Numbered from the stretch's first letter, positions 11,133 through 21,056 are shown. The stretch: 37,076 nt of DNA from Synechococcus sp. PNGco_S_binSS4 (GCA_007571085.1 RKSC01000168.1:1-37076), one strand, 5' to 3'. Translations and numbers: made by a program. Notes: a model not told the origin generated them from the sequence alone.

Positions 11133-11675
11133 TGGACAGGCCGCACATTCTCCCCAGCAATGTGTGTGTAGTGCTCCGGAGAAGCCCAGAAGCAGCACCG
11201 GCAGACAGCTTCGTCCCGGTCTTCCTGCCAGTTCCGGCACTGCTGGCAGGACCAGGACTTTCCCCGCTGGCTCGAAGCATCCAGGAGCATATAGGCTTCA
11301 GGCTGTCTTCGTCGGGCTCGCCAGTAATGGCATCCCGTGGGCCATAGTGCTCAATGAGCAGGTTTTTGAATCCCTTCGAGAATGCCTTACGGCCACTGAT
11401 GCGCCCCCGGACGATCTTATCCGGACTGTCGAAGCGATAGGCTGCAATCATGCGGCCCGTCTTCTCGCTGCCCACTCGGAATGTCTGGATAGGAACTCCC
11501 CTCTCCCGAACATCCCGAACTGCCCGGGGCGGATGGTCATAGCCATAGAGTGTCTGCAGTTCCTCAGTCGTTACTGCACCGTATTGAAGGATATGGTCTA
11601 TGACTGTCCGGGGCCCCTTAGCCGTCACCTTGTGACAAAGCGCAAGGATAGGCGGTCAATGGGTTGACTTAGCAT
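11087..11675 (-). pseudogene. SphI-like HNH-type type II restriction endonuclease, frameshifted, internally deleted and truncated
   Basis: HILQYGAVTTEEL..GYDHPPRAVRDVRE..IAAYRF, then in another frame MLLDASSQRGKSWSCQQCRNW..CRCCFWASPEHYTH; matches the R.SphI family as recalled. Frameshifts near 11654 and 11315; the QxDHRxP segment and the C-terminal helix are absent. Confidence 0.8.
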
Positions 11676-12044
11676 GACAGAGAACGGCGAAGGGTCATGG
11701 CAGTAAACCTAGACCAGCTACAGCCATGACGAACACGGACTACCCCTGGCACTTTCTTATATAAATCCCAACCAGTGGTGTGAAGGGGGGACAATTCTAT
11801 CCATTATCCATTCACAAAGCCATGGCCCCTAGAGAAGCAGCTTCCATGGGAGCACTTTCCCCATGCCCCGTATGGTCTCCAAGGGGGAATTACCCCAAGG
11901 TCTAGGGCTAGGTATTTCAGCTGAGATGGGACCCTGAAGTCCACCATGGTGGGGTGATCCCAGCCAATCAGTACGGTTAGTGGGATGGTACTAGGCTGCA
12001 GAACTTTCTAATTTGCTGGGTAGATGCCCATCAACTGACCTGCC

Positions 12045-14663
12045 ATGCAACCCAACCCTGAAACCTTTACCCTCAAAGCCTGGGAAGCCATCACCGCCGC
12101 TCACCAGTTGGCACGGACCCGCAAGTCCCAAGCATTGGAGAGCGAGCATCTGCTCAAGGCCTTGCTAGAGCAGAAGGACTTGGCGGTGCGCATCCTGGAA
12201 GCTGCAGGTCTGGAGGTGGCTGCCCTAGACCGTGAGCTGGAGCAATTCTTCGCCAAACAACCCAAGCTCAGTGCCCCTCCCCAAACCATTGCCCTGGGCT
12301 CCAGCCTGGACCGTCTATTGGATGAGGCTGAGAAGGAGCGGAAGCATTGGAAAGATGATTTCATTGCCATTGAGCATTTGCTCCTAGGTTTCTATGGGGA
12401 CAACCGTTGTGGTAAACCCCTGTTACAGGCCCTGGGGGGAAAGCGTCATACTCTTAAGGAAGCCATTCAATCCATCCGCGGTAGTCAACGGGTCATCAGT
12501 CAAACCCCAGAAGCCACCTATGAGGCCTTGGAGCAATACGGTTCTGACCTAACCGAGGCGGCCCGCCAGGGCAAACTTGATCCTGTCATAGGTCGGGATG
12601 AGGAGATCCGCCGCACCATCCAAATTCTTTCACGCCGCACCAAGAACAACCCGGTGCTGATTGGTGAACCCGGTGTGGGCAAGACTGCCATTGTGGAGGC
12701 CCTGGCCCAGCGCATTGTGGACGGTGATGTACCCACAGCCCTGCAGAATCGGCGCCTTATTGCCCTTGACATGGGTGCTCTGATCGCAGGGGCAAAGTAC
12801 CGCGGTGAGTTTGAGGAGCGTCTCAAGGCAGTGCTCAAGGAGGTCACCTCTGGGAACGATCAAATTGTGTTATTCATTGATGAAGTTCATACTGTGGTGG
12901 GGGCTGGAGCCACCGGTGGGTCTATGGATGCCAGCAACTTGCTCAAACCCATGTTAGCCCGTGGAGAGCTGCGCTGTATTGGTGCCACCACCCTAGATGA
13001 ACACCGCCGTTACATTGAAAAAGATGCTGCACTTGAACGACGTTTTCAGCAGGTTTTGGTGTCTCAACCGACGGTGGAAGACACTATTTCTATCCTACGT
13101 GGCCTCAAGGAGCGCTATGAAGTTCACCATGGTGTACGGATTTCTGATGGTTCCCTAGTGGCTGCAGCAGTTCTCAGCAGCCGCTACATCAATGACCGCT
13201 TCTTACCGGACAAAGCCATTGATCTGATGGATGAAGCAGCCGCCCGTTTGAAAACAGAAATCACATCAAAGCCTGAAGAGATTGATGAGATTGACCGCAA
13301 AATCTTACAGCTGGAGATGGAAAAACTTTCCCTAGCTAAGGAAAGTGATCCGGCTAGTCGAGAGCGGTTGGCCCGTATCAGCCATGACCTGGCCAATCTG
13401 AGGGAGCAGCACCATGATCTTATGGCCCAATGGAACAAGGAGAAGGGTGCTCTAGATGATCTCCAGGGCTTGAAAGAGGAAATTGAACAGGTGCAGGTTA
13501 AGCTGGAGCAAGCCAAGCGCAACTATGACCTTAATAGGGCTGCAGAGCTAGAATATGGCGAACTAGCTCAGTTACAACGTCGCCTGCAGGAGAGGGAAAA
13601 TCAACTTCAGCGCAATGAGAGACGACTGCTACGCCAAAACGTCAGCGAAGAAGATGTGGCGGAGGTGGTGAGCAAATGGACTGGCATCCCAGTGAAACGC
13701 CTGACCCAGTCAGAACTGCAAAAGCTGCTGGATTTGGAGCAGCGTCTCCAGGAACGGGTGGTGGGCCAAGGGGAGGCGGTCCGTAGCGTCGCTGATGCTA
13801 TCCAGCGCTCCCGTGCTGGTCTGGCGGATCCACGGCGGCCCATTGCTTCATTCTTGTTTTTAGGTCCCACGGGTGTGGGCAAAACAGAGTTGTGCAAGGC
13901 CCTGGCGGAGCAGCTTTTTGATAATGAGACCGCCATGGTGCGCCTTGACATGTCGGAGTATATGGAGCGCCACGCCGTGTCCCGCCTCATCGGCGCACCT
14001 CCAGGTTATGTGGGTCATGGGGAAGGGGGTCAACTCACAGAAGCTGTACGACGACAACCCTACGCGGTGATCCTGCTGGATGAGATTGAGAAGGCCCACA
14101 CCGATGTATTCAATGTACTACTGCAGGTATTAGATGATGGCCGCATCACTGACAGTCAAGGCCAAACGGTCAATTTCTCTAACACTGTCGTCATCTTGAC
14201 CAGCAACATTGCCAGCCAGGCCATTCTGGATTTAGTTGGTGATGATAGCCAACATGGGGAGATGGAAACCCGTGTGAAGCAAGCCCTGCGTGCCCATTTC
14301 CGCCCTGAATTTCTGAATCGCATTGATGAAACTATCATCTTCCATGGGCTCCAGAAGCAGGAGTTACGCCGCATCGTTGAACTGCAAGTGACCCATCTCA
14401 AGCAACGACTACGGCAGCGTGATCTATCTTTAATGCTGATGCCAGAAGCCTATGATTGGCTAGCCACAGTGGGCCATGACCCCACCTATGGCGCCAGACC
14501 CCTACGCCGCGCCATCCAAAAACATTTGGAAACACCCATGGCCAAAGCCATTCTGCGGGGTGACTTTTGTGGCGGTGAAACTATTACTGTTGAGCCAGAA
14601 GGCTCCCAGCTCCGACTAAGCAAAAGGGTCCAGGGCACCGTAACAACTGGGGTGTCCAGCTAA
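12045..14663 (+). CDS. clpB: ATP-dependent chaperone ClpB
   Basis: Two AAA modules ([16 protein letters not shown]), coiled-coil middle domain, GARPLRR; 872 aa. Confidence 0.97.
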   Translation: MQPNPETFTLKAWEAITAAHQLARTRKSQALESEHLLKALLEQKDLAVRILEAAGLEVAALDRELEQFFAKQPKLSAPPQTIALGSSLDRLLDEAEKERKHWKDDFIAIEHLLLGFYGDNRCGKPLLQALGGKRHTLKEAIQSIRGSQRVISQTPEATYEALEQYGSDLTEAARQGKLDPVIGRDEEIRRTIQILSRRTKNNPVLIGEPGVGKTAIVEALAQRIVDGDVPTALQNRRLIALDMGALIAGAKYRGEFEERLKAVLKEVTSGNDQIVLFIDEVHTVVGAGATGGSMDASNLLKPMLARGELRCIGATTLDEHRRYIEKDAALERRFQQVLVSQPTVEDTISILRGLKERYEVHHGVRISDGSLVAAAVLSSRYINDRFLPDKAIDLMDEAAARLKTEITSKPEEIDEIDRKILQLEMEKLSLAKESDPASRERLARISHDLANLREQHHDLMAQWNKEKGALDDLQGLKEEIEQVQVKLEQAKRNYDLNRAAELEYGELAQLQRRLQERENQLQRNERRLLRQNVSEEDVAEVVSKWTGIPVKRLTQSELQKLLDLEQRLQERVVGQGEAVRSVADAIQRSRAGLADPRRPIASFLFLGPTGVGKTELCKALAEQLFDNETAMVRLDMSEYMERHAVSRLIGAPPGYVGHGEGGQLTEAVRRQPYAVILLDEIEKAHTDVFNVLLQVLDDGRITDSQGQTVNFSNTVVILTSNIASQAILDLVGDDSQHGEMETRVKQALRAHFRPEFLNRIDETIIFHGLQKQELRRIVELQVTHLKQRLRQRDLSLMLMPEAYDWLATVGHDPTYGARPLRRAIQKHLETPMAKAILRGDFCGGETITVEPEGSQLRLSKRVQGTVTTGVSS

Positions 14664-14708
14664 GGCAACAACTGGCTGCAAGCTTCAGGGGGACTAGAAT
14701 TCCCCACG

Positions 14709-14742
14709 CCAAAGAGCTCTTGGGGAAATAAGAGCTCTTTGG
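14709..14742. terminator. Perfect 13-bp inverted repeat after clpB, probable terminator
   Basis: ccaaagagctctt-ggggaaat-aagagctctttgg, followed by tggtttgttgt. Confidence 0.65.
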
Positions 14743-15017
14743 TGGTTTGTTGTGATGGCCATCAATCTAATCTGGTAGATTCAGCCTTCCCCATTAGTTC
14801 TCCATGCTGTGAGATGATCCATAGGCCAGCACAATAGCACAAATAGTAATTAGCTATTCCATTCAGCAAGGCTTGCCTATAGTTACCTCAAAAACAGATA
14901 CAGATTATCTTAGTCTGCATAGATAACTGCTCTCTTGATACTAATCCAATCCATAGATAAACTGAGATGGGGGATTCTATTCTGGCTTTATCTATTTGTC
15001 TCTCAGCTTCTACCAGT

Positions 15018-15043
15018 ATATCTTACTAAAATATCTTACTAAA
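15018..15043. repeat. 13-bp tandem duplication (atatcttactaaa) x2
   Basis: Read directly in AT-rich intergenic DNA. Confidence 0.85.
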
Positions 15044-15451
15044 ATCGAAAGCTAACATGTAGGCCGTTGCCCTAGGCTAGGCACCCCATTGGTCAGGTGC
15101 AGCCTCTTCAAGGGTTACAGCCCCTGGGGCGAGGAGCAGCCACGTTCCCCTGTCGGTCCCCCGGTCCCTATGGCACCACTGCCCCCATTGCCTGAGCAGG
15201 GGGACGGAGCACTAGACTACAACTCAAGGTGTTGCCAAGAATGCCAGACTACCTAGGGAATGGTGCTGAGGCATGGGCCACTGCCGTAGCCATAGGGCAC
15301 AGTGGGAAGAGGAAAGCCAGCCGTGGAATACAAGCAAGAAGTAACAGTTTGCGAATAAAATCAGGACTTATGTGAGCATTTGCCCATTAGAGACCCAGCT
15401 AGAAGTTGGCAGGGGGGTAGGCTAGAGTAGAGGACCATCAGCCATTCCTCT

Positions 15452-16693
15452 GTGTTTCTCAAGCTCCAGCATCTGCTCTTTAGCACTCCTCTGGCAATTC
15501 TCCTGACATCTCCCCTGGCTCTAGTGGAGCCTGCTCAGGCACACCACTCTGTCACCATATCCACCTTAGGTGGACAAGAATTCTGGTGTGCTGGCGAAAC
15601 CCATGGCCCTGAAAAAACAATGAGTGCAATCTGCACGGTGGAAATTTTAACAGTGTACCAGCGGACCTATTTAGCGGGCTTGATGATCTGGAATACATAT
15701 ACCTGAATGATAACAATTTAACTAGCGTGCCAGAAAGTTTATTTAGTGGACTTGATGATCTGCGGCATATCCAACTAGAAGACAATAGTTTGGCCAGTTT
15801 GCCAGAAGATTTATTTAGTGAACTTACCAAGCTAAGGTATATTCGACTAGACAACAACAATTTAAGTAATCTACCAAGCAATTTATTTAGTGGACTTACT
15901 AGTCTGCGAGAGATCTACTTGTATAGAAACAATTTAAGTAATTTACCGAAATATTTATTTAGCGGGCTTACTAATTTGCAAAGTGTCCATCTATATAACA
16001 ACAGGAATCTGTATTGCCGACCTGCACTTCCATCAGGCGCTTCATTTGTAATAGATCTACTTAATCAGCCTGATACTGTGACCGCTAACCTGCCAGTTTG
16101 TCAGACTATATTGTTAAATAGAACTACATTAAGTGTGGATGAGGGAAGCAGCAATACATGGACAGTGAAACTCTCCAGCCAACCCAGCGGTGGTAATGTG
16201 ACACTCACCATCAGCCCTGACACAGCCAACGTTGTTGTTTTACCAGCCAGCCTTACCTTCAGTAGCACCAATTGGAGCAGTGGTCAGACAGTAACGGTCA
16301 GTGCTAAAGAGGATGACAATGAGATTAATGAGGAAGTAATCATCACCCACACCGCCAGTGGCGCAGACTATCACAGTACAAGTGACAGCGTAGTGATAAC
16401 GTTAATGGATAACGACAGGAGGTCAATAGAGATAGGCCCCAGCAACACCGCGAGTGTAGAGGAGGTAAGCAGTGCCACGTGGACCGTACAGCTCTTCAGC
16501 CCCAGCCCACGGGAGATATTACAGTGGATCTGGAGCTAGACAGAACTGGAGAGGGCATCAGTGTCTCACCAACCAGCCTCACCTTCACCATAGATAGCTG
16601 GAATATGGCACAGACAGTAACGGTCATTGCTAAAAAAGATGACAATGCAGTGAATGAGTAAGTCACTATCACCCACAGCGCCAGTGGAGCAGA
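15452..16693 (+). pseudogene. Secreted leucine-rich-repeat plus Calx-beta/cadherin-like repeat surface protein, degraded and truncated
   Basis: Signal peptide ending AQA; frameshift in an A6 run (15612-15617); five 24-aa LRRs; two ~100-aa repeats (TWTVxL..SLTF..NW..QTVTV.A..DDN..NE.V.ITH.ASGAD); frameshift near 16500; in-frame TAA at 16659-16661; cut off at the intron remnant. Confidence 0.85.
15649..16008 (+). repeat. Five 72-bp LRR-coding tandem units
   Basis: Each unit carries tatttagtgg/tatttagcgg-like cores encoding LFS(G/E)L, and most end in aacaattta; the block is AT-rich relative to the backbone. Confidence 0.9.
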
Positions 16694-17023
16694 TTCACTA
16701 AGTTCATCAAAGTGAAGGGAACCAAAAGCCCCTTTGATGGAGATATCACTTACTGGGCCGCAAGAAACAGTAAGCACTATGAGGGATCACTAGCCAGGGC
16801 TTTACGCAAGCAGAACTACATGTGGAGATGTTGTAATCAGCATTTGCTGGATGGCGAACGAGTCCCCTTCACCATGGGGACGGGAAGCATTCAAACTGCA
16901 GGAGCAAGGGATCTAAGCAAGCCCCAACTGCGTCCTAAAACGGTCGCCAGACCCATGGGGGGAAACTTTCATGCACGGATCTAACAGAGATGGGGCCGGG
17001 CTAACCTGGGCCTTGACTCTAAC
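16694..17023 (+). mobile_element. 3' remnant of a cyanobacterial group II intron: maturase/HNH tail plus domains V and VI
   Basis: KFIKVKGTKSPFDGDITYWAARNSKHYEG..ALRKQN..C..ERV / LHHGDGKHSN matches cyanobacterial intron-encoded protein C-termini. Domain V-like tcgcc..ggggaaactttcatgcacggatc at 16944-16981. Domain VI agag..ggccgggctaacctgggcc..gActctaac has a bulged A at 17016, 8 nt from the terminal AC. Confidence 0.85.
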
Positions 17024-17162
17024 CTGTGGCTAAATGTTGCCTGCTCAAATATGGAGTTTCCATGGAGTTCTGTGGCAGCATATGTTGCTAACCACAACCC
17101 TTGAGTGGGCTCAACCTGGAGAGCCTGGGCTGTGGCCTTGACAGGTGTCTGAAGGAATTTGG

Positions 17163-18506
17163 ATGAGCACCCCTATTTCAAACCGTTCTACCCAACCCCA
17201 ATACCATGGCCATGAGCATGACCAGGGGACCCTCTCCACACCATGGCATCCCAATCTCTGGCATCCCTTTGCCCAAGAGGCCCTTCATGATTCCCCAGAG
17301 ATGATTTGTTCCGGCTGGGGGCCCTGGCTGGAGTTAGAGGATGGGCGGCGGGTGCTGGATGCCATCAGTAGCTGGTGGGTCACACTCCATGGCCATGGTG
17401 AACCCACCATTGCTGCAGCCATTGCTCAACAGGCCCAGAGGCTGGAGCAGGTCATCTTTGCCAACTTCAGCCACCATCCTGCGGTCACCCTGGCAGAGCG
17501 GCTCTGCCTGGTATGGCCAGGTCTGGATAGGTTGTTTTTTTCTGATAACGGATCCACTGGGGTGGAGGTGTGTCTCAAGATCGCACTCCAGTATTGGCAC
17601 AATCGCGGGGAACCCCGCCAGCAGCTCATTGCTTTTGCTGGGGCCTATCACGGGGACACCTTTGGGGCCATGGCCTTGGGGGCCCGCTCCCTGTGGACCA
17701 ACCCCTTTGACCCCCTACTGTTTGCCGTGGCTCGCTGCCCATGCCCAGCCACTTGGTGGGATGATGAGACAGTGGAGTACCGTGAGCAAGGTGCCCTAGA
17801 ACGGCTGGAGCAGCTTTTGGAGACTCCAACTGCCGCCGTTATTCTTGAGCCCCTGGTGCAAGGAGCCAGCGGTATGGCCATGGTGCGCCCCACCTTCCTG
17901 CAACAGGTGGCAGAACGGGTGCAGGCTGCTGGTTCCCTACTCATTGCCGATGAGGTGATGACAGGCTTTGGACGCACCGGAGCCCTCTTTGCCAGCCACA
18001 AGGCAGCCATTGAACCAGATCTGGTGGCCCTGTCCAAGGGTCTGACGGGGGGCTTTTTGCCCATGGCTGTCAGCCTGGTGCGGGAGGAAATTTACCAAGC
18101 CTTCGTGGGAGAGAACCCACAGCGCACCCTCTTTCACGGTCATAGCTTTACTGCAAATCCCCTCGGTTGTGCTGCTGCCAATGCCAGCCTCACCCTGCTG
18201 GAGGCTCATCCAGAGCGTTATGAAGGCTTTGCAGCACGACACCGCCCCCATCTGGAGCAGCTGGCCCGGCAGCCCAATTTGGAGCATGCACGCCTCTGCG
18301 GCACCATTGCCGCCATTGATCTCAAGGTTTCTCAATCCGGCTCCCTTCCCCACCTGGGCCAGCAGATCCGGCGGGCCTGCATGGCAGATGGTGTGTTTGT
18401 GCGTCCCTTGGGAAATGTGCTCTATCTATTGCCACCCCTTGCCATGGGGGATGAGGAGCTGGAGCAGTGCTATAGGGCATTGACAAGGGCGGTGGAGAAC
18501 CTTTGA
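17163..18506 (+). CDS. bioA: Adenosylmethionine-8-amino-7-oxononanoate aminotransferase
   Basis: LWHPF, DAISSWWVTLHGH, SDNGSTGVE, YHGDTFGAM, IADEVMTGFGRTG, LSKGLTGG, HGHSFTANP. Confidence 0.95.
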   Translation: MSTPISNRSTQPQYHGHEHDQGTLSTPWHPNLWHPFAQEALHDSPEMICSGWGPWLELEDGRRVLDAISSWWVTLHGHGEPTIAAAIAQQAQRLEQVIFANFSHHPAVTLAERLCLVWPGLDRLFFSDNGSTGVEVCLKIALQYWHNRGEPRQQLIAFAGAYHGDTFGAMALGARSLWTNPFDPLLFAVARCPCPATWWDDETVEYREQGALERLEQLLETPTAAVILEPLVQGASGMAMVRPTFLQQVAERVQAAGSLLIADEVMTGFGRTGALFASHKAAIEPDLVALSKGLTGGFLPMAVSLVREEIYQAFVGENPQRTLFHGHSFTANPLGCAAANASLTLLEAHPERYEGFAARHRPHLEQLARQPNLEHARLCGTIAAIDLKVSQSGSLPHLGQQIRRACMADGVFVRPLGNVLYLLPPLAMGDEELEQCYRALTRAVENL

Positions 18507-18546
18507 GAGACACAATGGACAAGAGACCCAATGGAGACATGGCTTG

Positions 18547-19614
18547 ATGCCCCCCATGCCTAACCTGCTGACAAAACTTGCCTACCAGACGCTGCAGAAG
18601 GGGAGAGGCGCACTGAGTCTGGCCCATAAGGAGATGAACATCCGCCTGCTCAAGACCATGGCTCCTGATGTGGTGGTAAAAACCTTGCCCTTAGAGCCGG
18701 AAGTCATCAAAGCTCTTCAAAAATCCATGGATGCCCTTCTGGAGCAAGATTGGCAGGATGGTGTCGATGGTGTTTATCCGGTGGAGTTGCTGTTCAGGGC
18801 GCCATGGAAAGACTGGGCACTTCGCTACCCCCTGCTCTGGCTGGATGCACCTGCCGTATGGGATCGTCTGCGGCGGCGGGATTTTCAAGATCTACCCAAG
18901 GCCATTAACCGGCAACACTACCCCGCCTATTACCTGCGCAATTTCCACAATCAGACCGACGGCTACCTTAGTAACCATTCAGCCGCACTTTATGATCTCC
19001 AAGTGGAGATCCTCTTCAATGGCGGTGCGGATGCCATGCGGCGGCGCCTACTAAGGCCCCTGAAGGAAGCACTGACAAAGCAACAGGCTGGGCAACTTCA
19101 ACGGCTCCGTATTCTGGATCTGGCCACAGGCACTGGCCGCACCCTGCAGCAGTTGCGGAGCGCCCTTCCCCAGGCACAGCTGGTGGGCTGTGATCTCTCT
19201 GAAGCCTATCTGCGCCAGGCTGGTCGCTGGCTTGCAGAGCAACCCGCTGAGGTGCCCCAGCTCCTTCAAGCCAATGTGGAGGACGTGCCTTTTGTCAATG
19301 GCTGGTTTGATGGGATTACCTGCGTCTTTCTGCTCCATGAGTTGCCCCGATCAGCACGGGTCAACTGCATCAATGAAGCCTGCCGTCTGTTGAGGCCCGG
19401 CGGCGTTTTGGCCATCTTGGATTCTATTCAGCCGAAGGATTCACCAGAGTTCAGTGCACTTTCTGAGAACTTCCGACGCATCTACCATGAGCCCTTCTAT
19501 GGCAACTACATCCATGACAACATTGAAGCCCATATTGAGGCTGCTGGGCTGGTACTGATCACCGCAGAGACCCATTTTGTGTCCAGGCTGTGGCTGGCCC
19601 AGCGACCTGTCTAA
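18547..19614 (+). CDS. Class I SAM-dependent methyltransferase (cyanobacterial UbiE/COQ5-like family)
   Basis: YYLRNFHNQTDGYLS, YDLQVEILFNG, ILDLATGTGR, FLLHELP, YHEPFY. Confidence 0.9.
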   Translation: MPPMPNLLTKLAYQTLQKGRGALSLAHKEMNIRLLKTMAPDVVVKTLPLEPEVIKALQKSMDALLEQDWQDGVDGVYPVELLFRAPWKDWALRYPLLWLDAPAVWDRLRRRDFQDLPKAINRQHYPAYYLRNFHNQTDGYLSNHSAALYDLQVEILFNGGADAMRRRLLRPLKEALTKQQAGQLQRLRILDLATGTGRTLQQLRSALPQAQLVGCDLSEAYLRQAGRWLAEQPAEVPQLLQANVEDVPFVNGWFDGITCVFLLHELPRSARVNCINEACRLLRPGGVLAILDSIQPKDSPEFSALSENFRRIYHEPFYGNYIHDNIEAHIEAAGLVLITAETHFVSRLWLAQRPV

Positions 19615-19640
19615 ATCTTTAAATCTGAATTGCTTTCTGT

Positions 19641-19925
19641 TTATGGTGACCCCTTTCCAGAGAGCAGAAGGGTCACCACCATGCCCAGGGCAAACCAACG
19701 GAGTGCCCACCAAAACCGTTCCCCAGGATGCCACGGTCTTGGCTGAAGCCACACCAGCCTATGGAACAGGCCATGCCGTTGCCGGTTGCGGCGGGCCTGC
19801 AGACCAGAGCCAGTCCGCTGCAATCTCCCTAGCCGTTGCTGACAGGCTGCTAATTTTAAAACAAGACGTACCAGACCCTGGTCCTGCCGTGGGCGCCCAT
19901 GGAGCCGGTACTGGCGACGGGTCAT
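19641..19925 (-). CDS. Hypothetical protein with C-terminal membrane helix
   Basis: Basic N-terminus MTRRQYR and hydrophobic C-terminus ALRWFALGMVVTLLL; fills the gap between two convergent/divergent genes. Confidence 0.55.
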   Translation of the reverse strand: MTRRQYRLHGRPRQDQGLVRLVLKLAACQQRLGRLQRTGSGLQARRNRQRHGLFHRLVWLQPRPWHPGERFWWALRWFALGMVVTLLLSGKGSP

Positions 19926-20002
19926 TGCAATTCTCAACATGGCCCAGGTGCAACAGCTAGGACCATGGTGGAGCAACCATTGCCTTTCCCCTGAGACACA
20001 CC

Positions 20003-20308
20003 ATGGCCGCCCCTACCGATCCCCTGAATCCTTCCGCCATTCCCTTGGCCCAGGCCTTGCTGGACAGCCTGCGCATCCATGAGCACCAATGGCACAGACT
20101 CAAAGGAAGTGCTCACCATCGAGCAGCGGAGCAGGCAGCGGCTGGCCTGAACCAGCTGCTCCATGGTCAGGAGCAAGCTGCCCTGGCCTCCTTGCAAACA
20201 GCTGTGGCTTGGCTAAAGGGTGAATTGCGAGATCCAGGCTGTCCTGACCGCGGTAAGCCTCCATCAACCATCCGGACAGCGGGCCATGATGGCAGGGTGG
20301 TGAAGTAG
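20003..20308 (+). CDS. DUF6439 family protein
   Basis: WHRLK..RAAEQAAA..WLKGELRDPGCP pattern. Confidence 0.75.
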   Translation: MAAPTDPLNPSAIPLAQALLDSLRIHEHQWHRLKGSAHHRAAEQAAAGLNQLLHGQEQAALASLQTAVAWLKGELRDPGCPDRGKPPSTIRTAGHDGRVVK

Positions 20309-20995
20309 GGCATCCATCAACCGCACCCCCCGCAGCTGGTTTACCAAGGGCATGTGTCCTTCCGGGGCAGAGTGGCACCAGGTGAATTGGTTGGGGTAGC
20401 GGGTCCAGACACCATCCTGCTTCCATCCCAGGCGTAACCAGAGCTGCTCCCAGCGTCCCCCGCAGGCCTTCAGCAGGCGTCGCTGTACGGAAAACCCATA
20501 GCGACCACGAGAGTAGGCAACCCAGAGGCGATCAATGGTGTCCAGATCCACCGTCGCCAAGGCAGGCACCTCAGAGAAAAAAACATACCCACGGTTCACG
20601 GCAGCAGGACCTGCCATTTGCCGTAGACTGGCCATGGTGAGGCGGTCAGCATTCTCAAAGTCCTCTTTTGCCAGGGCATGTTGTAGGGGCTGGTGATTTT
20701 GACCCATGGCAGAGGGGGCCAGAAACCAACCATGGGGGTGGCAGCGGAGAAACTCTGCTCTCGTGGCTCCACCATGGGCCATCAGCAACTGGATCAATGT
20801 GCCTGCTGCCCAGTCATCACCAGCCGGGTCATAGCCTTGTAAGGCTGTGGGAATGGACTCCACCAGCTGTTGGGCCCCATTAAGCACACCCTGAAGAAGC
20901 CGCTGCCGTTGGCGGCCTTGGGCTTGGCGAAAGTTCTCCAGCAGCTGGGCAGATGAGGAATCAGCGGTAAAAAAACCAGCCTGGCCCACAGTCAA
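20264..20995 (-). CDS. GUN4 domain protein (Mg-chelatase cofactor / Ycf53-like)
   Basis: FENADRLT, DLDTIDRLWVAYSRGRYGFSVQ, APEGHMPLVNQLRG. Likely start TTG 20995 or GTG 20989. Confidence 0.9.
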   Translation of the reverse strand: MTVGQAGFFTADSSSAQLLENFRQAQGRQRQRLLQGVLNGAQQLVESIPTALQGYDPAGDDWAAGTLIQLLMAHGGATRAEFLRCHPHGWFLAPSAMGQNHQPLQHALAKEDFENADRLTMASLRQMAGPAAVNRGYVFFSEVPALATVDLDTIDRLWVAYSRGRYGFSVQRRLLKACGGRWEQLWLRLGWKQDGVWTRYPNQFTWCHSAPEGHMPLVNQLRGVRLMDALLHHPAIMARCPDG

Positions 20996-21056
20996 GACAA
21001 CAGAGAAACAACACTGGCCACCATGGTAGGAGCCATCCACCAGGAACAATGGGTCC

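Noticed and set aside
14760-15060. AT-rich spacer after clpB as a hidden gene or ncRNA
   Set aside because: No convincing ORF, tRNA fold or terminal inverted repeats seen; treated as eroded DNA.
15250-15325. Cobalamin riboswitch-like words (gggaa, gccactg, tgggaag, aagccag) with a ccactg/cagtgg hairpin
   Set aside because: The central cccgc-actgt core and the gacctgcc B12 box are missing, and the downstream gene is not B12-related. An Rfam scan would settle it.
15649-16008. CRISPR array
   Set aside because: The 72-bp period is in-frame LRR coding sequence with degenerate repeats; there are no identical repeats with unique spacers and no cas genes.
15452-17023. Diversity-generating retroelement (variable LRR gene next to RT-related sequence)
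   Set aside because: The RT-related piece is a group II intron maturase/HNH tail with domains V and VI. There is no RT core and no TR/VR pair differing only at adenines.
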